A stretch of 64,000 bases of DNA from a virus. A program made the translations under genes and the position numbers. This document shows positions 36,009 through 45,389 of the stretch, piece after piece; within the stretch, counting starts at the first letter, position 1, and each line of letters starts with the position of its first letter. The stretch spans positions 32,001 to 96,000 of IMG/VR virus record IMGVR_UViG_3300025133_000027; one strand, 5' to 3'. The notes under the pieces are model-generated. The model ran no database searches and had not been told where the DNA came from. It saw only the letters and a program-made list of their open reading frames with translations.

Positions 36009-36844
36009 TGAAAGTAGCATTTGTAGCCGATTTTTTTGCTAATGAGATTTGTGGAGGTGGAGAATTAAACAATGAAGAATTGATTCAGATGATTAGAGCG
36101 AGTGGGCACCATGTAAGCAAAATTAAAGCAAAAGATTTTGGGATCAAGCATTTTACTCATGATAAATACATAATCTCCAATTACGTTAGTCTATCAAGTG
36201 GTGCAAAAGAAATCCTCCAAGAGAAAGGAAGATATTCAATTCTTGAGCACGATCATCAGTATTTATCGAGCAGAAATCCTGCTGGTTATGAGAATTTCAT
36301 AGCAACATTTGATGATATTATAAATCTTAATTTTTATGAAAAAGCAACTAAAGTTTATTGTCAGAGCCAGTACCATGTAGATATCGTTAAAAGAAATCTT
36401 AATATAGATAATATCGTAAATCTTGGTGGGAATCTATGGAGCCTTGAAACTCTCGATTTCATCGAGAAACTTTCTTTGGAGAAGAAGAGTGATAAAACCG
36501 CCATTTTAAACTCAGTGATTCCAAATAAAAACACATCAACTTGCATTTCCTTTTGTATCCGTGCAAAAAAAGACTATGAACTCATTTCTTCTTCTGACAA
36601 CAGAGAGTTTCTAAGACAAATGAGCCTGTGTAAAGAGTTGGTTTTTTTGCCAAAATCACCCGAAACATTATCAAGGCTTGTTGTTGAAGCAAGGATGCTA
36701 GGACTTACTGTTATAACTAATAAATTAGTTGGCGCAGCAAAAGAAGAGTTTTTTAAAATGAAAGGAAGAGAATTAATTCAATTTTTTAGAGATAAAAGAG
36801 GCGAGATCTTATCGGAAATTTTAAACTTTATTGAGGAAGAATGA
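36008..36844 (+). CDS. Glycosyltransferase (GT-B-like)
   Basis: GGGELNN, PETLSRLVVEARMLG (E-x7-E pattern). Confidence 0.7.
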   Translation: MKVAFVADFFANEICGGGELNNEELIQMIRASGHHVSKIKAKDFGIKHFTHDKYIISNYVSLSSGAKEILQEKGRYSILEHDHQYLSSRNPAGYENFIATFDDIINLNFYEKATKVYCQSQYHVDIVKRNLNIDNIVNLGGNLWSLETLDFIEKLSLEKKSDKTAILNSVIPNKNTSTCISFCIRAKKDYELISSSDNREFLRQMSLCKELVFLPKSPETLSRLVVEARMLGLTVITNKLVGAAKEEFFKMKGRELIQFFRDKRGEILSEILNFIEEE

Positions 36845-37761
36845 AGATTGCTTTTATAGGAAATTTCACTCAAATATATCATGAAGAAGGAAAGGCTCGT
36901 TCTCTTGCTAGGCTTGGGCATGATGTGTATCGATTTGCGGAAAATACTTTTAATAATGAAGATGTAGAAGAAATTATTAGTCTTAATGTTGATCTATTGA
37001 TATATGCAAAATTAAATATATCAATAGATAAAAAAGATTTTCTTCAAAAAATGGGGCAGCACGGAATAAAACGAGTGTGTTGGCATCCCGACTTGATGTT
37101 CAATACTGAAAAAGAGAGATGGTTAGTTTCGAATCCTACATATACTTTATCTGATTATATATTTACATCTGATGGTGGGCACCAAAAAGACTTTAAGAAG
37201 CTTGGCCTGAATCACTACTGTATACGGCAAGCTATCTACGACAAGTGTTGTTATAGGTCAGAAAAGGAACTTATGTCTTTTAAAGACGTAGAAATTATTT
37301 TTGTTGGTGGGAGCAGTCACGTTTTGCATTCTCATCGCAAAGAGTTTCTTACGATACTATCAGATAAATTTGGAAATAAATTTCGTCATGTCGGGACTTT
37401 TGACGAAGAATGGCGGAATGATGCTTTGAATGATTTATTTAATAGCGTTAGTATCGTTATTGGAGATAGTGTATACTCTCCTTACTACTGGTCGAATAGG
37501 CTATATGAGACAATTGGGCGAGGAGCTTTTATTATTCATAATAAGATTGAAGGTATCGAAGATGAATACGCAAAAGGATTACATTTTGATACCTACGAGA
37601 ATGGAAACTATGATGACTTAATCTCTAAAATAGAGCTTCACTTACAAGACACAGAGGAACTCAAGAAACAAGGAGTTGCTGGTATGGAATATACACGTAG
37701 AAACCACACATTAATGAACAGAGCACAACAAGTTATTTCTATCATCGAGAGGAGAAAATAA
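36841..37761 (+). CDS. CgeB/Glyco_trans_1_2-like glycosyltransferase
   Basis: IIFVGG, YWSNRLYETIGRGAF, HTLMNRAQQV. Confidence 0.75.
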   Translation: MKIAFIGNFTQIYHEEGKARSLARLGHDVYRFAENTFNNEDVEEIISLNVDLLIYAKLNISIDKKDFLQKMGQHGIKRVCWHPDLMFNTEKERWLVSNPTYTLSDYIFTSDGGHQKDFKKLGLNHYCIRQAIYDKCCYRSEKELMSFKDVEIIFVGGSSHVLHSHRKEFLTILSDKFGNKFRHVGTFDEEWRNDALNDLFNSVSIVIGDSVYSPYYWSNRLYETIGRGAFIIHNKIEGIEDEYAKGLHFDTYENGNYDDLISKIELHLQDTEELKKQGVAGMEYTRRNHTLMNRAQQVISIIERRK

Positions 37762-38405
37762 TGGGAGCAGCCAACAATAATAATCGAGCAGAGTTAGAGG
37801 CTTACGAACAAATTGTTAAAAACTTAAATCTCAAACCAAAGACTTTGTTTGAGATTGGTTCTAAGGACGGAGCCGATGCTAAACGACTTGCAACTTTCTT
37901 TGAAATTAATCCTATTAATGTTTACATAATCGAGGCTCACCCTTTCTTTTTTCAGAATATTAAATATTCTTATCCTGAATATAATTGTTTCCATTTGGCA
38001 GCTTCGGACAAAAATGAAGAACTAATCTTCAACGCAGCTCTTAATTACGACGATGGAAGGTCCTCGATTCTTGAGCGAGATATTTACGATTCTAATTCTT
38101 TTAGTAAGGTAAGTGTTTCAGGAGTCCGTTTGGATTCTTTTTTGGATGTTAATAATATTGAAGAAGTAGATTTGTTAAAAATTGATGTTGAAGGAGCCGG
38201 TATGCAAGTGTTAGCTGGTTTTGGAGATGCTTTAACCAAGGTTAAGACACTGCAAATAGAAGCAGAATATAAGAATATTTGGAAGGACTCATCTACTTGG
38301 AACGAGATACGTGATTTCTTATTGAAAGACTTTAATCTTTATTGGAAGAAAGATATTTCTGGTATTCAAATAGATTCTATCTGGGTTAATAAGAGGATCG
38401 TATGA
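37761..38405 (+). CDS. FkbM-family methyltransferase
   Basis: FEIGSKDG, IEAHP, RLDSF, DLLKIDVEGA. Confidence 0.85.
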   Translation: MGAANNNNRAELEAYEQIVKNLNLKPKTLFEIGSKDGADAKRLATFFEINPINVYIIEAHPFFFQNIKYSYPEYNCFHLAASDKNEELIFNAALNYDDGRSSILERDIYDSNSFSKVSVSGVRLDSFLDVNNIEEVDLLKIDVEGAGMQVLAGFGDALTKVKTLQIEAEYKNIWKDSSTWNEIRDFLLKDFNLYWKKDISGIQIDSIWVNKRIV

Positions 38406-39427
38406 GAGTAGGAACTATAACATATGCAACGAATACTGGACTTGGTATCTTAGCGAAAGAGTTTTATGATAACAAAATCATTAATGAGGTTTTGATAAAA
38501 ACTCATAGCAGACTTAAGACAAATTATTTTTGGTATCCAAATTCCCCGTCGCTTCCTCCTTCTGAGGATATGATACTTCAAAATTTCCCTTCTAAACATG
38601 ACAATGAGGCTATTGATAATTTCCTAACGAGAATAGATATCCTACTTTTGTTCGAAATCGAATGGTCAAAAGGACTGATTGAGGCAGCAAATCGGGCCGG
38701 GGTCAAAACTGTTTTGATGCCAATGTATGAATGCACTCCCTACCCGTTGAAAGCAGACTGTTACCTAACGGTTTCCGATCTAGACGATATTTATTACAAA
38801 AAGATGTATCCTAGAGGGAACGTTAGAAGGATTAACGTCCCTTCAAACTCAAGAGTAACCTGGAAAGAACGCAAAACAGCCAGGGTATTTATCCACAATG
38901 CAGGTAATACATCTATAAAAGATAGGAACGGCACATCTGCGCTTATTAAAGCAATTCAATATGTCAAAACCAAGAATATAGAGCTTAGGATTCGGACGCA
39001 AGAGGATATATATAAAATCCCAAAGGATTCAAGGGTTAAATTAGAATATAAAGATAAAAAGTTTAGCTCGCTCTGGGAGGACGGTGATGTTTTCCTTTTC
39101 CCAGAAAGTTGGAACGGACTTTCTCTTCCTCTTCAAGAGGCTCACGCATCTGGGCTGCTTGTTATGGCTGGGAATAGGTTCCCTGTGAATAGATGGCTTC
39201 CTCGTGAACCTCTAATACCAGTTTCGGATTATAAAAAGTATAAAGTGTATCCGAGGGTAGAATTATTTGCGGCATGCTATGAACCGAAAGAAATTGCAAA
39301 AAAGATTGATGAGTTCGCTAATACGGATATTACAAGGTTCTCGGAAGCTGGTAAGATATGGGCCGAGAAAAATTCTTGGGAAGTCCTAAAACCCCAGTAT
39401 GAAAAGATTTTTACAGAATTATTATAG
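38402..39427 (+). CDS. Glycosyltransferase (GT4-like)
   Basis: TGLG N-terminal motif, DVFLFPESWNGLSLPLQEAHASG. Confidence 0.75.
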   Translation: MRVGTITYATNTGLGILAKEFYDNKIINEVLIKTHSRLKTNYFWYPNSPSLPPSEDMILQNFPSKHDNEAIDNFLTRIDILLLFEIEWSKGLIEAANRAGVKTVLMPMYECTPYPLKADCYLTVSDLDDIYYKKMYPRGNVRRINVPSNSRVTWKERKTARVFIHNAGNTSIKDRNGTSALIKAIQYVKTKNIELRIRTQEDIYKIPKDSRVKLEYKDKKFSSLWEDGDVFLFPESWNGLSLPLQEAHASGLLVMAGNRFPVNRWLPREPLIPVSDYKKYKVYPRVELFAACYEPKEIAKKIDEFANTDITRFSEAGKIWAEKNSWEVLKPQYEKIFTELL

Positions 39428-39438
39428 AAGGAGAATAA

Positions 39439-40392
39439 ATGAGAATAATTAGAGAGTCAAAAGTTTGTGTAATTGGTGGCGCTGGTTTTTTAGGCTCGCA
39501 CTTAGTAAACCACTTGGTTAACGATAGGAATTGTGAGGTTTTAGTTCTTGATAACCTGATAACAGGCCTTAAAAGCTATATTAATGATAAGGCAAAGTTT
39601 GTTTGGTTTGATATTCGAGATGAGCAAAGTGAATTAGCGAATATTTTAAAAAAACATAATATAGAATATGTTTTTAACTACGCCGCAGAACCATACATTC
39701 CAGAATGTTTTGAGAGGCCAATGCATTTTTTTGATATTAATGCAACATCTGTACTGCGAGTATTAAATGCTTGCCAACTTGCTGAAGTAAAGGGACTATT
39801 ACAAGTTTCTTCGGCAGAGATATACGGGGACATGAAGGGAAAAATTACAGAAGAAGATCCAGTTGTGCCTCATTCGACATACGGCGTGTCAAAAGCTGCC
39901 GCTGATGGATTAGTTCAGGTTCGTTGGAAAGAGGCAGGAGTCCCTGCTATTGCTATGAGGCAGTTCAATTGTGTTGGCGAGCGTGAGACTCACGAATATG
40001 TAATTCCAGAGATTATTAATCAACTAGATAAAACCAATAAAATTAAGTTAGGAAATAATTCCTTTAGAGATTTCCAATATGCAGGGGATGCTGTTGCGAT
40101 GGCGGTTCTCCTACTTGAAAAAGGCGAATTTGGTGAGGTCTATAACATGGGAAGTGAAGGTGGAATCCAAATTTATGATCTTGCAAGATTAATTGGAAGT
40201 TTGATGGGGCACGAGACAGTTGACATCATCGTGGACAAGAAACGAGTTCGTCCTTGGGAAATTTGGCATTTACAGTCAGATAATACTAAATTATATTCTG
40301 TAATTGGTAAGAGAGAACCTACCTCTCTAGAAGAATCTCTACGAAAAACTATTAAGTATTATTATGAGAATAACAAGAAGTGGGACTGGTAA
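39439..40392 (+). CDS. NAD-dependent NDP-sugar epimerase/4,6-dehydratase
   Basis: GGAGFLGSHL, SSAEIYG, YGVSK (YxxxK), RDFQY, GEVYN. Confidence 0.9.
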   Translation: MRIIRESKVCVIGGAGFLGSHLVNHLVNDRNCEVLVLDNLITGLKSYINDKAKFVWFDIRDEQSELANILKKHNIEYVFNYAAEPYIPECFERPMHFFDINATSVLRVLNACQLAEVKGLLQVSSAEIYGDMKGKITEEDPVVPHSTYGVSKAAADGLVQVRWKEAGVPAIAMRQFNCVGERETHEYVIPEIINQLDKTNKIKLGNNSFRDFQYAGDAVAMAVLLLEKGEFGEVYNMGSEGGIQIYDLARLIGSLMGHETVDIIVDKKRVRPWEIWHLQSDNTKLYSVIGKREPTSLEESLRKTIKYYYENNKKWDW

Positions 40393-41369
40393 TGTTTCCA
40401 TACCAGATATTAGAAAGAAAATTTTCAGAGTATATCGGAGTTTCTGACTCTGTTGCAGTGAGTACCGGCACGGCTGCCCTACATGTAGCACTAGAGGCGC
40501 TTGAGTTACCGAAAGACTCCGAGGTCTTAGTTCCAGAGTACACGATGATAGCAACAGCGTGGGCTGTCACCTATGCAGGACTTAAACCTGTATTCGTTGA
40601 TTGTGATGATGACTTGCTTATAGATATTTCTAAGATTGAAGCCTTGATAACAGAAAAGACTAAAGTGCTTATGCTTACTCATATATATGGAAGGGTCGTT
40701 GATATGGATGCTATTATGGAGATAGCAAGAAAATATAAACTAAGAGTAATTGAAGATGCTGCGGAAGCCCATGGGTGTGAATGGAGAGGGCGAAAAGTCG
40801 GGTCATATGATATTGGATGTTTCAGTTTTTATCGAAACAAGATAGTCTGTGGAGAAGAGGGGGGGATTGTAACTTCGGATGATAAAAATTTTATATCAAT
40901 AGTAAATGATATGAAGAGTATGTCTTTCGGTAGTGAGCATAATTATCACCATAAAAGAATAGGTTTTAATTATCGAATGACAGACAGTCAGGCCAATCTG
41001 ATTATTAAATCACTTAAAAACGTTGAGAAAAACATAAGCCTGAGAAGGAAAAAACAAGAACTTTATGACAACTTGATTGATAATACATATCATATGGGAA
41101 CAAGAGATGTTCCATGGGTTTATGATATTTGTGTTCCGAAAAACAAGAAGAATTTATTAGTTAAAAGACTTCAGGAGGCTGGTATTGCAGCAAGGCATGG
41201 ATTCAAACCTGTTTCAAGTTCCGCACCGTTTTATAAAAATGGATTGCCAAACTCACTTAAATATTCTGAGAATATATTGTATCTTCCTCTCGGGGAAAAT
41301 GAGACAGAGGAGAGAATAGCTAAGATTGCTGAAGTAGTAAATACCTGGCTAGAGGTGATGAATGTATAA
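40392..41369 (+). CDS. DegT/DnrJ/EryC1/StrS sugar aminotransferase (perosamine-synthase-like)
   Basis: STGTAALH, IEDAAEAHG, FSFYRNK (PLP Lys), GEEGG, GFNYRM. Start moved to ATG 40392. Confidence 0.9.
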   Translation: MFPYQILERKFSEYIGVSDSVAVSTGTAALHVALEALELPKDSEVLVPEYTMIATAWAVTYAGLKPVFVDCDDDLLIDISKIEALITEKTKVLMLTHIYGRVVDMDAIMEIARKYKLRVIEDAAEAHGCEWRGRKVGSYDIGCFSFYRNKIVCGEEGGIVTSDDKNFISIVNDMKSMSFGSEHNYHHKRIGFNYRMTDSQANLIIKSLKNVEKNISLRRKKQELYDNLIDNTYHMGTRDVPWVYDICVPKNKKNLLVKRLQEAGIAARHGFKPVSSSAPFYKNGLPNSLKYSENILYLPLGENETEERIAKIAEVVNTWLEVMNV

Positions 41370-41751
41370 ATTAATTAAATCAACAGAGTTAGAAACTTAT
41401 AAAAATTCAATTTATTATAAAACATTGAAAACTTACCTTACCAATCAAAAACTTTTGAGTCATAATATAATACATACTAGTAAGCCAACTACTATGATTT
41501 TTTATGGAAATAAAAATAAAGACGTAAAGTCAATACCTGTAAAGGTAACTGGTGAGTCAAGGATGAAAGATCTCCCACGAGATAAATTTTTCATTGTGAA
41601 TATACTCGATAGTGAGAGAAAAAGAATGCGGTTGATGATTCTTAATAGAATAGCTAACAAAGAAAGTGAATTCTCTGATGAAGAAATGCATAAGATATCT
41701 GAAAACTTGATTTACAGATATGTAGAAGTTAAAGAATTTATAGAAGAATAA
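41362..41751 (+). CDS. Hypothetical protein
   Basis: 129 aa, GAGGTG SD. Confidence 0.55.
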   Translation: MYKLIKSTELETYKNSIYYKTLKTYLTNQKLLSHNIIHTSKPTTMIFYGNKNKDVKSIPVKVTGESRMKDLPRDKFFIVNILDSERKRMRLMILNRIANKESEFSDEEMHKISENLIYRYVEVKEFIEE

Positions 41752-41767
41752 ACAATAAGGACAAAAA

Positions 41768-42121
41768 ATGAAAACCGAAATAAAATTTGTCTCGAAAGGT
41801 TGGGGTTTTGAAAAGTGGATTGTAAATAAAGAAGAATATTGTGGTAAGCTTTTATTCTTCGCAAAAGGAAAGAAGTGTTCGTGGCACTTTCACAAATTAA
41901 AAGACGAAGTTTTTTATATCCAATCTGGGAAAGTAACTGTTCATTTTTCTAGCGGAGATGATCTTACCAAGTCAGAAAATCTTCTCCTTCGCAAAGGAGA
42001 TAACTTTCACGTACCAATTGGAATGCGACACCGGATAGAAGCTCACGAAGATTCCGAAGTGTTTGAGTTTTCAACCCAGCATTTCGATACAGATAGCCAT
42101 AGAATAGAAAAAGGAGATTAA
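41768..42121 (+). CDS. Cupin-domain protein (sugar isomerase-like)
   Basis: KGWG.E, SWHFHKLKDEVFY, G.RHR, EFST. Confidence 0.8.
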   Translation: MKTEIKFVSKGWGFEKWIVNKEEYCGKLLFFAKGKKCSWHFHKLKDEVFYIQSGKVTVHFSSGDDLTKSENLLLRKGDNFHVPIGMRHRIEAHEDSEVFEFSTQHFDTDSHRIEKGD

Positions 42122-42122
42122 A

Positions 42123-42350
42123 ATGGATACTAAAATGGAATTTAAGGAAATGAAGCTATCGACTCAAGCACTAGGTGCCTTGATGATGGCACTACAAAAG
42201 TCCCTACTTGAGCAATCGGACATTACCCCCGTCCTACAAGGCTTTAGCTTTGTCGATACAGAAGAGGGTCTCTGGATTAAGAACCCGCCTCTAGTCAAGT
42301 TTGACTGGCTCAAGGTCGATGAGAATGGAGACGAAGTACAGGATGCCTAA
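42123..42350 (+). CDS. Hypothetical protein
   Basis: 75 aa, AGGAG SD. Confidence 0.6.
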   Translation: MDTKMEFKEMKLSTQALGALMMALQKSLLEQSDITPVLQGFSFVDTEEGLWIKNPPLVKFDWLKVDENGDEVQDA

Positions 42351-42573
42351 GTATTCTTACGAATGTGAAGAGTGCTCCCATACGTGGGAAGAGAGGTGCA
42401 GGATGGGAAAGTCTCCTAAGGGCTGCCCATCCTGCACCTCTCTTTTTTTTACAAAACTTCCACCTACGATGACATATGTAAAAAGTAAGAGAGTCGATGT
42501 TGTCAACCTGATTGATAAGTCAACCGAAGAGCTCAAAGCACAAAAAGACAATTTTAAAAGGAGAGAGTTATAA
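42343..42573 (+). CDS. FmdB-like zinc-ribbon protein
   Basis: MPKYSYECEEC...CPSC; start moved to 42343. Confidence 0.75.
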   Translation: MPKYSYECEECSHTWEERCRMGKSPKGCPSCTSLFFTKLPPTMTYVKSKRVDVVNLIDKSTEELKAQKDNFKRREL

Positions 42574-42908
42574 TGACATTTTTAATAGTAATGTTAGTTT
42601 TGACAACAGTGTTTCTCATACTTTCACTTGCAATAAACATCGCAGCATTTTGGTATCTTAAGCAGTTGCTTAAATCTTATCGAAATATGGGTAATGCTAT
42701 TCTTAAGATGAGAGACGTGATGCATGAATTCGCAGAACACATTAGTTCCATGTATAAGAAAGAATTATATCGAGGAGATCCAACTATTCGAGGAATAGTT
42801 GCCCATGCTAAAGAGGTGGTCGAAGAAATCAATCTTTTCGCTGGTTCAATAGTAATAGAGGAAAACGAGGAGAGACCCAATGGCGGCAACGACACCGAAG
42901 AAGACTAA
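42573..42908 (+). CDS. Single-pass membrane protein
   Basis: Hydrophobic N-terminal ~28 aa followed by a helical region. Confidence 0.6.
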   Translation: MTFLIVMLVLTTVFLILSLAINIAAFWYLKQLLKSYRNMGNAILKMRDVMHEFAEHISSMYKKELYRGDPTIRGIVAHAKEVVEEINLFAGSIVIEENEERPNGGNDTEED

Positions 42909-43584
42909 GACCAAAAAGAACATGTATTTTACAATGGTGCATGAACAAGCAATTCTGGACTATGTGAAGTCTGAAGATAAAGACGAAAAGGAGCGGCTCT
43001 ATATTTCACTCTTAGAGCCCGCCTTTACAGAGATGATTGATAAGATTGTCTATACTTTTAAGTTTAATTCCCTCCCGAATATTGATGTATTAAAACACGA
43101 CTGCCTCTTGCAAGTTGTAAATGTGTTGTGCAAGTATGATAAAGATAGAGGCTCCAAAGCCTTTGCATATTTCTCAGTCATCGTAAAAAATTGGTTTATC
43201 CAACAGACTAAGAAAAATAAGAAACGAATGATTATAGAGCAAGACTCTGATGATAAAATCAGAGAAGCTTATCATAGCCAACTCATAGTCCATAATCCCT
43301 ATCATAAAACAAGAGAACAGCAAGAGTTCATTGACGGCTTAGGTAAACAAATTGTTAACTGGAAAGAAATGCCAAATCTTGGAGTTAATGAATTAAAAGT
43401 TATTCATGCTATCGAACACCTCTTTGCAAATATAAATGAAATAGAATTTTTTAGTAAGAAAGCTATTTATCTATACCTGAGAGAGTTAACTGGGCTTACT
43501 ACAAAAGAGATAGTTGCCGAGTTGACAAAGTTGCGAAAAAGCTATAAAGTCTTTAAAAAAGGGTGGGAACGGTCAGCAGTATGA
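42880..43584 (+). CDS. Putative phage late sigma factor (T4 gp55-like)
   Basis: YFT...AILDY, K.D.DRGSKAFAYFSVIVKNWFIQ resembles the sigma region-2 'AFAYF' motif of gp55-like proteins; lies just before the structural genes. Confidence 0.6.
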   Translation: MAATTPKKTKTKKNMYFTMVHEQAILDYVKSEDKDEKERLYISLLEPAFTEMIDKIVYTFKFNSLPNIDVLKHDCLLQVVNVLCKYDKDRGSKAFAYFSVIVKNWFIQQTKKNKKRMIIEQDSDDKIREAYHSQLIVHNPYHKTREQQEFIDGLGKQIVNWKEMPNLGVNELKVIHAIEHLFANINEIEFFSKKAIYLYLRELTGLTTKEIVAELTKLRKSYKVFKKGWERSAV

Positions 43585-43898
43585 GTAACATGGCAAAACT
43601 AGTAGAAGAAGTAATCGATAATATCAGAGAAGATCGAAATCTCGGAAGAGAGTTGATTGAGGAAATTAGAGAGAAGGTAGATAAAAAATCAGTTCGTTCT
43701 GAAGATGTAGGCCAGACTCTCGGAAAATATCTAGATGTTATGCAGAAATCTAATGAACAACTAGTTAAGTTAACAACCTCTTTATCAAAAAAGATTGATC
43801 CCGAAGATCTTTCTTTATCAAAAGAAGATATGCGCAGTATTTATGATGAAATAAAGAAAGAGGAGAAAGATAAAGAAGAGGCTAAGAGTGAGGATTAA
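43581..43898 (+). CDS. Helical hypothetical protein
   Basis: Coupled to the sigma gene; start moved to 43581. Confidence 0.6.
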   Translation: MSNMAKLVEEVIDNIREDRNLGRELIEEIREKVDKKSVRSEDVGQTLGKYLDVMQKSNEQLVKLTTSLSKKIDPEDLSLSKEDMRSIYDEIKKEEKDKEEAKSED

Positions 43899-43901
43899 CA
43901 T

Positions 43902-44519
43902 TTGTCATTTAAGAAGAAAAATAAATTATTTGGTTTAATATCTGGGCATGACGGTGCATATGCAGATATTACAGAATTTCTTATTAAAGAAAGCTTTGTA
44001 AAAGACAAAGATCTCGGAATTACCAAGAAAGTTGGTGTAGTAGTTGACATATCTAGTCCTAATTCCGATGGCGCTGTAGATCCTTTCATATCGATCGCGG
44101 TTGAGCAAATACGAAAACAATCAAACAAGAAGAGAAAAATCTCTACTAGAACAGTGTATGTTCATGTTTTTGATCACTCAACTAAAGAAATTGGTAATTA
44201 TGAATCAGTAGAAATCGACAAACACTTCTGTTTAGCGATCGAATACTTTGGAAAGAAAGCAATTGATGTTGGAAGCCTTGTTCTTGTTGATTTACAAGGC
44301 GGAAGTTCTGTAACTATTTCTGATGTCTATCCAAATACAATGAAATATCAAGCATCTTTAGCTAAAACTAAAAAGAATCCAAAGCAACTTGCAACTTCTG
44401 GTATCTCAATCTCGGATCTCATGGCAGTAAATAAGACTGGTGAGCCTATCACATCTGTTTTTGTGGTTCTAGGAAATGTTAAAACTGAGAATGACCCGAA
44501 ACCGGAGCCTAAGAAATGA
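43902..44519 (+). CDS. Hypothetical, possibly gp5 OB-fold-like baseplate protein
   Basis: IDVGSLVLVD resembles the gp5-OB 'vGd.V.V' strand; sits upstream of the spike-like gene. Confidence 0.4.
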   Translation: MSFKKKNKLFGLISGHDGAYADITEFLIKESFVKDKDLGITKKVGVVVDISSPNSDGAVDPFISIAVEQIRKQSNKKRKISTRTVYVHVFDHSTKEIGNYESVEIDKHFCLAIEYFGKKAIDVGSLVLVDLQGGSSVTISDVYPNTMKYQASLAKTKKNPKQLATSGISISDLMAVNKTGEPITSVFVVLGNVKTENDPKPEPKK

Positions 44520-45388
44520 TTAAATTATCACCTAGAAGATTAAATCTAGGCTTTCAAGACGCTGTTGACAATATCAGAGATGAACTTGAAGCTTCTTCAA
44601 ACTATAAAGGCTCTGGTCTTGAAGGTAGTATTTCTACTTATGAAAGTCCAAAGTTAATCAGGCTAGAAAACCAAATACTATACGAACATGTAGACAACCC
44701 AGCAGGGCTTTTGTTAGGAAATGACAAGTTTTACAGAGATAAGAAAGGTAGTCCGGCTCCTGTAACGACTCTTTTTGCAGTAAGTGAGGCATCTGAAGGC
44801 GATGTAGACCTCCGAGATAAGGAATCTCTCCAATTCTCAGCTAGACTTGATGTATCGAGCATGACAGATATAAAAACACCAACTTTACTTGGAGATTTTA
44901 ATGCTAGATCAGCTATAGAAGCATCTGCCGATGTCCTTAATCTCAAGGGCACAGAGTTCGTCCAGATTAAAGCAGGCGGTCGCAGGTATAATTCCAGGGG
45001 CGCACGGGTCGATTCTAGGGCTGAAATCCATCTCTTCACCGAGGGAGCAGGAGAGGTTCAATCTCTACCTATGGGGGATAGCTTAGTGTCCGTTCTTGAA
45101 GATATTATTGAAAGAGTAAGTGAACTTACTGCTACTGTCCAAAAATTACACAGCGAAAGCTTAACATTTAAGACAACCTTGGCAGCACACACTCATATCG
45201 CTCCACTTATCGGGCCAACAACACCTAGCATAGAGCTAATGACAGCAACAATTGCTGGAGCTGTTAATGATGCAACATCAGTTGCAAACATCATTGGTAA
45301 CGTTGCAAATAATATGTTTGTTCCCCAAAAATATCTGAAGCCATACTCACCGAAGAATATCCTCAGCAAAAATGTGAAGATTAACTAA
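44516..45388 (+). CDS. Baseplate spike/hub (gp5 C-terminal/gpV-like) protein
   Basis: Beta-helix-like middle, LPMGDSL, LAAHTH (HxH metal-binding tip), ILSKNVKIN. Confidence 0.55.
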   Translation: MIKLSPRRLNLGFQDAVDNIRDELEASSNYKGSGLEGSISTYESPKLIRLENQILYEHVDNPAGLLLGNDKFYRDKKGSPAPVTTLFAVSEASEGDVDLRDKESLQFSARLDVSSMTDIKTPTLLGDFNARSAIEASADVLNLKGTEFVQIKAGGRRYNSRGARVDSRAEIHLFTEGAGEVQSLPMGDSLVSVLEDIIERVSELTATVQKLHSESLTFKTTLAAHTHIAPLIGPTTPSIELMTATIAGAVNDATSVANIIGNVANNMFVPQKYLKPYSPKNILSKNVKIN

Positions 45389-45389
45389 T

